DNA from: Felis catus
Lineage: Eukaryota
Direction: 5' to 3'
Assembly: GCF_018350175.1 (NCBI RefSeq)
Contig: NC_058368.1
Location: 135,348,001 to 135,412,000 of the forward strand
DNA length: 64,000 nt
This document shows, piece after piece, positions 52,100 through 64,000 of this stretch. The number at the start of each line of letters is the position of its first letter. The stretch's first letter is position 1. The translations under genes were made by a program, and so were the position numbers. The notes under the pieces were generated by a model. That model searched no databases. It was not told where the DNA came from and saw nothing but the letters and a program-made list of their open reading frames with translations.

Positions 52100-52492
52100 C
52101 CTTTGTAATCGTGATTCATTGGTCTGGCCTAAGGAAGAGCACTATAGGTGGCAGTTGGTGAGGCTGGGAAAATGCACCACTCATCACATTGGAGCCAAGA
52201 TCAGGCTTGTCATTAGCTGCTCCCAGACCAATGACTGAGTGAGGCAAGGATGATAAGGCAGACCCATTCCTGAGAGCCTTGATGGAATTTTCTTAGAACT
52301 GCACTGAAGTCTAAGACCTTCCTTCCTTTCTGCCCTATCTCCTCCACAGGGGTCAGACCAGCATGACAATCTGGTGGCTCTCTCAGCCTTCTCCCGCTCC
52401 CACCCCTTTCCTCTTACAAGCATTTCCCCCCAATAAATCCCTCGCACATCTCATCGCATCTTGGCATCTGCTTCTCTGAGGACCTGGACTGT
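52100..52492 (+). mobile_element. ERVL LTR (LTR16-like)
   Basis: CCCCCAATAAATCCCTCGCACATCT..CTTGGCATCTGCTTCTCTGAGGACCTGGACT. Confidence 0.75.
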
Positions 52493-53199
52493 GGGAGATG
52501 CAGGAGAGAAGCATCAAAGGAAAAGACTTCAAAAGGGAAGGGCTGGAGAAGGTGCAAGGCCTTAGGACATGTTTACACAGCTGAACGCGGCTGCGGCTCG
52601 AAAGGAACGCCTAGAGCCATTAACATTGTCCAGGGCCGGATCCTCCTTCACACCTGACCCTTCCTAGTGGTATAGAAACCAATTAACTCAAAATTCAACC
52701 TTGAAAAGCTAAACCATTAGATTGATTAACACACTTGCTTAGCTGACTTTATGCACATAGTCTTTAGCAATTATCCTAATAAAAAGAAGCTTCATTCTGG
52801 AGTCGGGGCCTCATTCTGACTCGAGTCCGAGGACCTTCACTTAACTGCACTTTGTTGGCGGACTTATCTTTTGCGACTCTGGCCATACTCCCTGCAACAC
52901 TGGCCTAACACAGAGTCACTCCTTCATCCATTCACCCACCTATAGAATCCAATAACAGACTCATTTACAGAGACTGGGGGTCCTAAGTACAAAAGAGTGG
53001 ATTGGCATCTCATATCGCAGGAGGAAATCTGTTTATGCAGTGGACTCATTGATGGGGCTTCAATATCTATTTTAGCATCAGGAGAAGAAAACCCCAAAAC
53101 AATGGGGAGCCTTTGAACTGTCTACTCTCCCACTGGTTGGCACAAGTCTCTCGTGGGTCAAGAGAATATTGCAGCATGTAGATGGATTTGAATGGTGTC

Positions 53200-53617
53200 T
53201 CTATACTCAATAGATTTAAACTCAGATTTACTCAGATTTAAAGGTGATGAGGATTCAAAGTAAGGGATTCCGCCACAAGCTTTGATGTTGTGTAAGGGCC
53301 TGGGGAAAACCTGGGAGAGAGCATCTGGAAAGGAACTGACAGCAGTCCCCAGCTGACAGCCAGGGTGCTGGGACCTCAATCCTACAACCACAGGGTTGTC
53401 CTGCCAACAGCCTGAATAAGCATGGATGTGGGATCTTCCAAGATCCTCCAGATAAGCGCACAGAGATACCATTCCTTGAGCACAAGACCCTAAGCAGAGA
53501 ACCCAGTTGAGCCATAGCTGACTTCCGACCTACAGAAACCAGGATAAAATAAATGAGTGTTATTTTGAGCCAATAAGCTTCTGATCATTTGTGACAAAGC
53601 AGTAGAAAACTAATACA
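53200..53617 (+). mobile_element. MaLR LTR (MLT1E-like)
   Basis: CCCAGCTGACAGCCAG..CCCTAAGCAGAGAACCCAG..GCAGTAGAAAACTAATACA. Confidence 0.85.
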
Positions 53618-54069
53618 CGGAGATTCAACAGCACACATTTGATAGCAGTAATTGGACAAAAGTAAACCATTTTGTTTGTGCCTTTACCAAGTTCAGAATG
53701 TTCAATAAAGTAATTACAAAAGCTTTATCATCAAGTTTGTCTTGTATTACTAAGTGAGTATGTTCAAGTGTTTCATTAGAAACTTATATCAACTATTGTA
53801 CAATGTAGTGGTTGAAAATTTCATAGTAATCTCTTACCTCAAATTATAACTATTGATAACCAATCTGATCGTTCCCTGTGGTGTTCTGTTTAAACTACCA
53901 TATAGACGTCTCACATCTAAGTAAATGGTACAATATTTAAAATAATCAACAATCTCCACAGTTCCTGAAGGGAGTCAAGAAAGGAAGAAAAACAAATCTA
54001 AGATGGTCTATTTCTGAGCTGGCCATAGTCTCACAAAAAAATAAAGCTGGTTTCTTCTTCAGGTAGGAC

Positions 54070-54420
54070 TTCTCCAGAGAGACCACATGGAACCCTGCAG
54101 CTCAAAATAGTCCTGTGGCAGAGAGGGAGCACAAATTATCTGCCAGGTCCTTACTGTCTCCTGTCTCTAGGAGTCAGCCCCCTGGGATAGTCAGGTCTCA
54201 CACCACTTTTCAGCAATTCTTCCAACCTGGACATGGTAGAAAGCCAGGAGGGTGGGGTTGCTGTAATTCCTGCCCAGTAAGCATGGTGTAGTCAGGCACA
54301 AGCAGGGCCCGCACGCTGGGTAGGCTAGGAGGGCTGATGACGTTAAGAAATAGGGAAAGGTGGTGGCCAACGGTTTCCACTGAGCATGTGGCACTGGCCC
54401 AGAAGGTGGGGTCACTCACA
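54070..54420. mobile_element. Probable ERVL LTR remnant
   Basis: GC-richer block resembling LTR33-type sequence; weak match. Confidence 0.35.
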
Positions 54421-54796
54421 TCCGGAAAGGTGCATTAACTTGGACCTCACAGCCCCAAATGTGATGTCTGCACTGCACCACCCTTCCTCCCACACCATTA
54501 TCTCGCCAACCAGGTAACAGAGAATTAACCCATTCCCCCCACTGCTTCTAAGAAACAGCTACTTCTTTCCTTTGATCATCACCCTTAATTTGGGGTTCCT
54601 CCATCTGGTTTACATTTCTTCCCAGAAAGCACTCGATGCCCTTATTTCCAAACACCTCTCTTTACATGAAGCTATTTCTCCCCCACCAATTTGTGTAATC
54701 CATTCTGGAAAACACACCCAGAGCCCCTGGGCTTCTGCCCCATTCTGCTTTTCATTATTGCAATTGCAGTGTGGTTAAACCAGTAATGTCAAAACC

Positions 54797-54833
<37 letters not shown>

Positions 54834-54851
54834 CGCACGCACGCGTGCGCA
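54797..54851. repeat. (TG)n plus GC/CA alternating tract
   Basis: Directly visible. Confidence 0.95.
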
Positions 54852-55775
54852 ATGCATTCTAAAGTTTGGTAAGAGTGGTCTTACACACACAGGCACACGT
54901 GGACACACACTTCTTTTCTGGATAGTGCAGTGTTTGGGCAGAAGTACAATGACATCTCTTGGAAAGGAAGAACAGAGAGGAAAAGCCTGGGTCTGAAGTA
55001 TAAGCCTTCCAAATTCAAAAGGGGAAATATTTCAAAACCAGTTGCATTAAACCCTTATGTGCAGGGGACAAAAACCTTATGAGGAGCAGGAAAAATTAAA
55101 AACTAGGCCACTACTAAATACAAATCTTTTTCCCACAGATAAACAGGGCTTTGAGTGCTTTATCCAAGGCCTTCTTTTGACATTTCCGGGATTCTTACAT
55201 TTATATTCAATCTCATCACAAATAATCCCCAAGTGAACGCAGTATCACTTCTCGTGGTTTTTCTTCTTTCCTCTTGATTAGTTTTTCTCTTTAGACCTTT
55301 GGCTGACTGTTTTGCTACCATTACCAGGACTGAAGTTCCTAGTGGGGTTAAAAGAAAGAACCATGAGTAGCAATGCTGTGTTCTCAAGTTGTTTCACCCT
55401 GAGCAGGAAAGGACCATTTATGGATTGATCTCCCCATCAGAGAACCATGTCACCCAACCTCCTTGTTCTGCAACTTGCCACAAGATTGATGGTAAATATA
55501 ATATGTATGAAAATGAAGGAGGAAAATGTATGCAAAGCTTCAGTGGTAGTGCAGGGGGCTGGAAACGATGTTGTGCAGTACATCATTTCATCTGAATTTC
55601 TCATTTTCAGGACATTGACTCTAAAATTACTGCAGTCATAGTGTTTAATGTTCCTGTATTGGGATTCCAGGGTTTAAAAAAATGATTTGAAGCCAGAAAA
55701 GCAAGACTGAGTTACATGGACCTATGCTGTAGTGTGACCCCCCCCCAAAAAAAGCAAGAAAATAAGAAATGCTAT

Positions 55776-55777
<2 letters not shown>

Positions 55778-55816
<39 letters not shown>
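55778..55816. repeat. (CA)n microsatellite
   Basis: Directly visible. Confidence 0.97.
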
Positions 55817-55818
<2 letters not shown>

Positions 55819-55889
55819 GACTTACAGTGACTTTAATATAATATCTAGTAGAATACCAAGAAGGTTTCCAATAAAAGAGGGAATATAAC

Positions 55890-56875
55890 ATAATAGTAAA
55901 CTAATGAAGCTTAAGTTCCAAAGCTCTAGGTCAGAGGTTTTTTGTAAAATTTGTAAAACCTAGCTATTTTAACCAAAATGGTTACAATCGCTGTCTCTCT
56001 TCACTCCAATTTTCCCCTCCGTATTGGAAGGCATGAGATAAGTCATGAGCATATGGGGGAATCCAGCTAAGAGAAAGCTGAGTTGAGGGTATGTTTCATG
56101 TAAGTTTAGTACAAGGGTAAAATATATTTAGATAGTTCTCAGTCATTCCTGTGTTGGTTATGAGATTGCTAGTGTCCTGGTAGAGTAATGGCTTCCAGGA
56201 GTGCTCAGGTGGCCTCGGAGCGACATAGAGGTACAGGGTAAAAGACTTCACCTCAATATGAACATGTATTTCAGGAACATCAATTCATCATTTCATGTGA
56301 CTTTCTTATAAGGGAATATGTAAACATGTGTTTCAGGACCAGGAGTGTGCTGGGTAGACCAGAGGAAACCCGGTTTGAAATAAACAGTACCAAAAGCCAG
56401 TCTATGAAAAATTCTTCTAATCTTCAGATCTACTAAAAGATCAGTAGCAGACTCAGATTTCATTGACACCTCATCAAAACAGAAGTTTTCTCCTTGATAG
56501 ATATTTTTCTGAATTTGATAACCATTCTAAAAATTTATGTGATACGAGCCTAGTAAGTTGTGACACTGAAAAAAAAAACACTTTTCTGATCTATCAATAA
56601 TTTTTTTAACTTCACCCATGTTATTAAGAAAAATGAGCTACCTTTCTTTCCCCTCTATGAAAAGGATATTACAAAACTTGTGTCATATGAAGAGGCAAAG
56701 ATTATGAAGTCAAAGAATCTATTTTTGCTGTTTGTGCTATCAGCTTTTTCAAATTTGTAATTGGCTACAATTCTTTTCTCATTCTAAATAAAATTTCTTT
56801 TATGCTTAATTTAGCATTCATGATTTCCATCCTCTTGAAGAATGGTATAAGCTTCAGGCCCCTCCAACTCTGCCC
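55890..56875. mobile_element. hAT-Tip100 (Zaphod-like) fossil
   Basis: AACTAATGAAGCTTAAG at start, AAGCTTCAGGCCCC near end, internal GCTAAGAGAAAGCTGAGTTGAGGG. Confidence 0.65.
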
Positions 56876-57349
56876 TCTGACTCAAAACCTCAGTGCCGGC
56901 TCAGATCAGGCTCCCACCCAAGCAGCTTCTAACATCCACACATACGGTGAAGTTCAGCGCCTTTCTTCATCTCCTGGGGTCCACGGGCTTCCACTTCTGC
57001 ATCCCTTTGTCCCCCTGCACCTTGGCCACATCTTGTTCCTTGTCTTGCTGTGGAACCTACTCCATCTCCAAAGTCTTAAGTTCCAAAGTGCCTACCTACA
57101 AGTCAGTTTATATAAATCAAACTCACCTTTTTTTCCAATTCCTTTTACACGTACACCTACACACACACACCATGGATCATCTTAGTGTGTTGTATTCTCC
57201 TTCCTTGCCTGCCTCTTCTCTTCCCTCACCTCCTGTCCTCATCTCTACTGCTCACTCAGAATTTTCCACATTAGGTCATCCTCTCTGAATCTTGTTCTTC
57301 CTACTCCATACTTCATAGCAATCCCTCCCCAAATCAGCCTGGGTAGCTC

Positions 57350-59610
57350 CAATTACATTTAATAGTTATGTAATATTTCACAGTGAAGATACATCATTAT
57401 AAATTCAACATTGCCCCTTTGATGTCCATTCAGTTTGTTTTCTGTTTTCTTCTGTTTGTAGCAATATGAATGATACTGCACTAAATACTATTTCACCTAT
57501 CTCTTGGTGCTGTTATATCTACAGGATTCCCAGTACTTGGGCTGTTGGTTGAAAAAGTACACACATATATTTTTTTAATTTCATAGATGCTGCCAGGATG
57601 CTTCCAGAAAGCCTGTAACAATTCACATTTCCATGAGTTTGAGAACTCCTTCTCCCTGCCTACTTTTCAGCAATAGATATCATTGCTCTTTTTAACTGAA
57701 GTGTATGATACTCACTGTTACCTTCATTTTCTTTTCTGTGACTACTAGTAAATTTAAGCATTTTTTTCCATTGATTAATCAACTAGGCTTTTAGATTTTG
57801 CTCTTCTGAGAGCTGCCTATTCATATTCTTGACCAAATGTTGAGGGGAGGTCATTTGTTTTTTTCTCAATGATTCTCAACCCTACTTGTACATTATAAAT
57901 AGCAACCGTTTGCTATGCTTGTGGCAAATATTCCTTCCAAATCTACCGTATTTCTCCTGTGTTGTAGTTTTTACATGTTTAAATCATCTATGATGGTATA
58001 TATCATGGCCTCAGGGTTTCTTGAATTGGTTTTAAAGGTCTCTTTTATTCCTTGGTTGCCTATAATCTCTTAGATTACCTTCTAAAATGTTGATTATTTT
58101 ATTGTTTATTGAAACCTTCAGGCCATCTGGAATTTATATTTGCTTATTTTGTGTTATAGGGTCCAACTTTATTTTTTTCTAGAATGAAAGCGGCTATATC
58201 AACACTATCTATTAAATAAATCATTAATTTCCTACTGAAGTACCACCTTTATCATATGGTAATTTTTCATATATATGCAGGATATATTCCTGATTCTCTG
58301 TTCTAGTTTACTGGCTTATTTATTTTTTGCCAATTAGCTTTTACTATAGTGGTTTTGTTGAATATACTGGTATCTAGTAAGAAAAGTATCCCCTAGCTGT
58401 TCTTTTTCATACTTTTCTTACTTTTTCTTGTGCATTTATTTTTCTATATGAAACTTGAGATGTTTTTGTTCAGTTATAAATGGCTTGAGAGTCCACTGAA
58501 ATTATACTAAATTCATATAATCATTTGGGATGATTTGACATTTTAGTAAAAGGCGAAAGATGTATTCGATCTGAAGAGAAACCAGAGTGATTTGACATTT
58601 TAGGATATAATGCGTCCCCGTTCAAGAATGCGGTAGGTACTTGTATTTGTTCAGATTTATTTAATATTTCTTCATATGGGTCCTTTACCCTTTGTGCCAA
58701 ACTTATTTCTAAATATTTTGTAATTTTTTCTAATATTTTGTAATTTTAATTATCTGGATGTCTTCTTTGGAAAAGGGTCTATTCATGTCTTCTGCCCATT
58801 TCTTAACTGGGTTGTTTGATTTTTGGGTGTTGAGTTTGATATGTTCTTTATAGATTTTGGATACTAACCCTTTATCCAAGATGTCATTTGCAAATATCTT
58901 CTCCCAGTCCATAGGCTGCCTTTTAGTTTTGTTGATCGTTTCCTTCACTGTGCAAAAGCTTTTTATCTTGATGAAGTCTCAGTAGTTCATGTTTACTTTT
59001 GTTTCCCTTGCCTTCAGTGACATGTCTAGTAAGAAGTTGCTCTGGCCAAGGTCAAAGGGGTTGCCACCTGTGTTCGCCTCTAGGATTTTGATGGTTTCCT
59101 GTCTCACATTTGGATCTTTCATCCTTTTTGAATTTTTTTGTGTGGGCGGTGTTAGAAAGTGATCCATTTCAGGCTTCTGCATGTCAAGGTCCAGTTTTCC
59201 CAATACCATCTGTTGAGGAGACTGTCTTTTTCCATTGGATATTCTTTCCTGCTTTGTCAAAGATGAGTGGGCTAGAAGGGCGATGGGTATTAAGGATGGC
59301 ACTTGTGATAAGCACTAGGTGTTGCACATAAGTGATGAATCAGTGAATTCTACTTCTGAAACCAAGACTGAACTGTATATTAACTAATTAAAATTTAAAT
59401 TAAAAAATTATTTTGTAATTTTATGTCATTCCTTTGAGTGACATACTTTTCCCACTTCCATTCCTAGGTGTTATTATTAGTGCAGAGGGGGAAAAATTCA
59501 TTTTCAATTATTATTGAATCCAGTCACTTCCAAAAACTGTGTTAATTCTTATGAGTTTTTACTAGAGCCTACTGAATTTTCAGTGTATACTATTAGATCA
59601 TCAGCAAAAG
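57350..59610 (-). mobile_element. Old degenerate L1 hosting a younger inverted L1
   Basis: T-rich antisense L1 motifs (CCATCTGGAATTTAT, GCTGCCTATTCATATTCTT). Confidence 0.7.
58749..59408. mobile_element. Carnivore L1 with 5' inversion
   Basis: Minus-strand ORF2 ([20 protein letters not shown]) to ~59263, then plus-strand 3'UTR and tail; TSD TATTTTGTAATTTTA. Confidence 0.9.
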
Positions 59611-62129
59611 GGAAGGAAAACAAATGTAGTGTCAACTATCAATTTTTCTAGCACCAAGTAGTTACCTGGTACTTAGCAAACACTTTGTAAATTTTGTAAG
59701 AATGAATGAACAAATAAATTAATGAATGAACAAGTGAAATGAGTCAGAGGCGATTCATACTGAGTATTTAAGGTTCTTTCTATTGTAGCACCCCTCCAAT
59801 GAACTCTTGATCTTCCTTTTGAATGCCACACCCATTTCTTTGCTAGAAAACTCATGAGTTTCCAAAAATACTAAAACAGAAGAGGAATAAGAATGATGGT
59901 CATAGGATATATGTTCTGACTATCAGAGGATCTTCCTGAGTGAGTTATAGTAGAGTTCCTCTCAGAGTCCTTGAGTTCCTCTTTTCATTTGAGCTGAGAG
60001 AAGAGACTGCACAGGGAGTCCTTGTTATTCTGACCAGGAAAGAAGCAACAAGCTGTCTTTGTACCTTAGAGTGAATTACAAGGCTTAAGGAGGCAAATTA
60101 ATGCTTTTGTTGGCTGAGGGCAGGCAGCTAGCCAAAAGTTCACCTACAGAAGCATTTCAGTGAAGGGTCCAAAAACCCAGACAAAAAAATACAAAGGCAC
60201 CCTGGGAAGCTTTCTAAATCCAGGAAGACAGTCAGAAACAAAAGTATGCAGTAGTAACTGATGGAAAACCAAAGAGATGCCAATTTGTATACAGGCAATT
60301 GTGTTCAATTTAGTCATGATCCACATACTACCTCCATTGTTAAGGCCTCACAAATATTGCATAATGGAACTAAAAGCATGTGCTCACCTATCTAACCTCT
60401 GTAAGTCAACCATACTTAAGAAGGCCCAAGCCACTAGGCCTATAATCTCAACCACAGTGATTTCACCTTATGGCAGCTATTAGAATTCTAGGCATAATTT
60501 ATTGCTGAGGTAATTAACCATTATCTCTGTTGCATACTTGAAACGCTAACTCAACTAAGTGTCACACTGAGTCATACTAAAAATAAATCGTCCCCAAATG
60601 CTAGAAGCTTCTGATTTGATGTTACCAGAACATCACTTAATCCTGCAAGTGGTTTTCCAACAAACCACAATAGCTTCCCGCTCTTTTACAAAATCAAAAT
60701 ATCCGTATACAAACTCATGAATGCACATGAAGAATCATCCACTGTAAGAAACACCTGTGTTTGCAAAAAAACAGAAATGATGATCACCAGGCTGGAAAGC
60801 AGGATGCAAAGGGCTCTCCATAAATTACCAGCAAGAACACCAAGTACTAAGACAATGAGAGGAAAGGGTATGTTCAAGCCGTGGAAATAAACACAAACTC
60901 TGGCACAGATTACAAGAGATGGTTACCCAAAGGGTGACCAAACTGTTCTTCTAGGGAAACGAAATGTTTCTATTAGAGAGTCTCAAGGGACATCCCTTGA
61001 GAGGCAGACACAGAAGCAGCGTAGTAATTGGCTAGATAATCCCAAACACTGCCTCTGAGCTAACAGCACAAAGCCAAACGAGGAGCATTAGCTTCCACGC
61101 ACACACCAGGCTGCTGGGGAAGTCAGATGCTTTGAAGCATCTCTTCACATTTTGAGTTGATGAAAGGTTTATAAAGAAAATGTATCCCTCTAAATAAGCC
61201 TAGCCCTGCAAACACACGGGTGCATCGGGGATGTGGCTCAGGTCTTTAATTTGCTTTGTGTAGCAGCTGGCACCCTGATGTTTAGCCTTTGCTTACAAGG
61301 CTAGTTCTGATTGAAGTGCTCTTGCCCTTTTCTCTGAGGATCTGCATCCTTCTCATCTATTGTGGGTCTGCCAGACTTAGAATCACTTTCTTGCCTGCCA
61401 GACCATGCTTCAATTCTTTTGATCACAATGACATAGAATTTGAAGACACTAAGAAACAGACCTCTCAAAAAGAGTCACATGACCTTAATTCCCTATCAAA
61501 GGCAAAGCTAGGAAGAGCCCAGATATTACCCACGCTGCCACCTGGCCTCTGCCCACAGTGAGAATCTTCAATCATCCAAATGGTCCTGAATCCATGAGCT
61601 GGCTTCTTCATTCAACAACTGGATAGACGACAAAAGACTCTTCCCTGCAGCCCAGGATAGGGCCCCTGGAGATGACCAAAAGGGTCACTCCAACAAACGG
61701 AAGGGGTGCCCTTTATTTTCTCGGGGGCAGCATTGTGATTTCAGATTAACGAAAGCCAAGTGCAACACCCCTCTATCTGTAGAACAATCCTGGTTTACAC
61801 CTATTGCCTCTGAGTAGTTATTTAGAGTACCTCCTTGCACTCTCAAAAGTGTTCCACTTCAGAAAATAAATTATAGTGTCAACCTACTTATTTAGGATAC
61901 CAGGGACAAATTCCTCCTTAGCTCATCCAAAGAAGCACATGCATCGACAAGAACAAACAGGGTGCCTAAGTCCAGGGAGACTTGAAGTGGCAGGCTAGAA
62001 ATGGTACACATTCTCCTTCGGTGCAGATATCAAGCTTCTTTTTCTGTAAGGTTGCATATTGCTGAAGAAAAATAGCCATAATCTGGAATTCTTGTCTGTT
62101 CCCATTAAAAGGAAAATTTGTTACCTGAA

Positions 62130-62330
62130 TGTATCATCAGGACCCCAACAGGATTTCCAAGAGGAAAGGGAAGACCCTCCTGAACTAGGATAATTCAGAG
62201 AGTTGATTTATGACAGTGTGGACAAAGCAGGACCACAAGGAATAGTAATGGAACCAAGCTGTCATCACCATCAGCTACAGGAAGGAGGGAGGGAGAGCAT
62301 CTTGTAGAGCTGTGCCTTGAGAGGAGGAGG
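62130..62330 (-). mobile_element. Probable ERVL LTR fragment (LTR33-like)
   Basis: CAGGACCCCAACAGG..GGATAATTCAGAGAGTT, similar in style to 38240. Confidence 0.4.
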
Positions 62331-63244
62331 AGCTCCTCCTAACGTAGTTCAAATCTACCCTCTCTGATGAACCAGTCCCCACAATCTGGCCCAGAGGATG
62401 CCACCCTAAAGCCCTAGAACAAACCGCACCACACATCTGGCACTGTACATACTAACTCACCTTCTTACGCACACTTTTACAGCACAAATAGGTCCTGTCT
62501 TTTAATCTCGACCATAAAATCTGTGAAAGCAGAGACATATCTTACCCCTATATTGCAAGTTTTGCAACACCAGTGATTCTGAAATTTGTTTTTCCCCTAC
62601 AACGCATAAAATCAGTGACATTCGCACACGAGACATTCCCCAGAGGCATTCACTGGATTATACATAATTCCCACCATGCTCCACCATTTCTCCCCAACTT
62701 GAGGAAGCACAGCAGAATATAGACGAACAAGGTCAGGTTATTTTACAGAGAATCTGGAGTCCGCTCTGACTCCTTAATGTAAATTATATGCAAACTCTGA
62801 CGATCTGTTGCTATTAACTGCTGCCTGGCAACACATCTCACGGTGGCTCTTGTACACTGCGTGTTATAGTGACATCAGTGCGTAATATGCTTCGTGGCGA
62901 GAAGGAGAAAAGACTTACAAAGTGGAGAGAAAGTGCGGAAGAATGGGTTGTCACCAGCATTTCAGACACAGGTGTAGGACCACAGAAGAAACCCCAACCC
63001 CCCCAATACGCTACTGTTGGATCTTGAGAGAGATCACACAGGTACAAAACCAGCAAAATGTAGCTACAACTTGCCTTCTACACTACCAAGTCCAACCAGG
63101 AATTTTACAGATGAAGAAATCAGGATATGGAAGCGTCCCGTGATCCTATAAGATACTAATCAAGGCGGCACTGGAACCCCAAAGTAAATCAAAGATATCC
63201 AAGGAAAACCAACAAAACTATTTTCTTGCCCGGGAATTGATAAA

Positions 63245-64000
63245 GTTTTTTGTACTTACTCAATGCAGGTATTTACTGGGCGTCTGCCCGGTGGCCGGTA
63301 ATGGGGGTTCACAGTATACAAAGCAAACAAACACACAAAAAACTCGACTCTCCGATGAGGATACCATTTTATCCAGACCAGGGAAGACTTTCTTTTAAGA
63401 TAATGTTTGAGCAGAGATGTAAAGGGAAGAAGGAATCACGTGGGTCTCTACAGCAAGAGTGTCCCAGGCAGATGCGGGAAACAGAGCGTGTCCTTGGCAT
63501 ATTCCAACTAAGAAGGCCATTGTGACGGCCCTGAAGGGGGAACAAGGGGCAAGAGGCTGAGAGATCTGGGGATTGGGAGGCCCTTCGTGTCGTGGTTTGC
63601 ATCCTACAGCAAATAAGATGGAAAATTCCTGAAGAGCTTTCAACTGAAAAGGACCATAGCCTATGTTTTTTAAACTAACAGTCCAGCTAGTACGTGGAGA
63701 AGAAGAGACCTGGCAGAGCAGAGGGAGAAGCAAGGAGAGAGCTAGTATAACATCACAGGGAAGAGATGGCGGCAGTCTGGACTAGAGTGATACAGATGTG
63801 AGGCAATGAAAATTGGTCAGATGCCAAACATATTGTCACAGTACTGCTGACAGGATGTGAGGCTTGATTGGACGTGAAATGTGAGAGAAAGAAAGGACTG
63901 ACAGAGGAGGCCCCAGGTTTGGGGGCCAAGTAAGTGAAAGATTGAAGTAGACATCTACCAAGAAGGAAGAAAAAGAGAAGAGCAGCTTTGGAGAGGAAGG
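63245..64000 (-). mobile_element. L2 3' region
   Basis: GGTATTTACTGGGCGTCTGCC..TGTTTGAGCAGAGATG..GAAATGTGAGAGAAAGAAAGGA. Confidence 0.8.

Noticed and set aside
56802..57288. Overlapping 127/131-aa ORFs
   Set aside because: Pyrimidine-rich, stop-poor sequence at repeat boundaries with non-ATG or weak starts.

Overview
This is eukaryotic, non-coding, repeat-rich DNA from a carnivore, almost certainly a felid: it carries young SINEC_Fc-type Can-SINEs and feline-type L1 3' ends. I recognise no protein-coding gene, RNA gene, CRISPR array or other prokaryote-style system. The only ORFs with recognisable products are L1 ORF2 remnants (14738-15202 and 58730-59302); the rest look like chance or repeat-derived frames. 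The window is a layered record of transposition: about 17 Can-SINEs, young and old L1s, L2, MIR, a fragmented CR1/L3, MaLR/ERVL LTRs and hAT/TcMar fossils. The best second-look items are structural: two L1 insertions at one target site (triple TSD), a twin-primed inverted L1, two short dispersed local duplications, templated micro-repeats at rearrangement junctions, a 130-nt purine tract, a ~20 kb SINE-free zone, and a few unassigned candidate exons and enhancers. I found no convincing previously undescribed biological system. Repeat family names are by-eye matches to remembered consensus sequences, and boundaries of old repeats are approximate.
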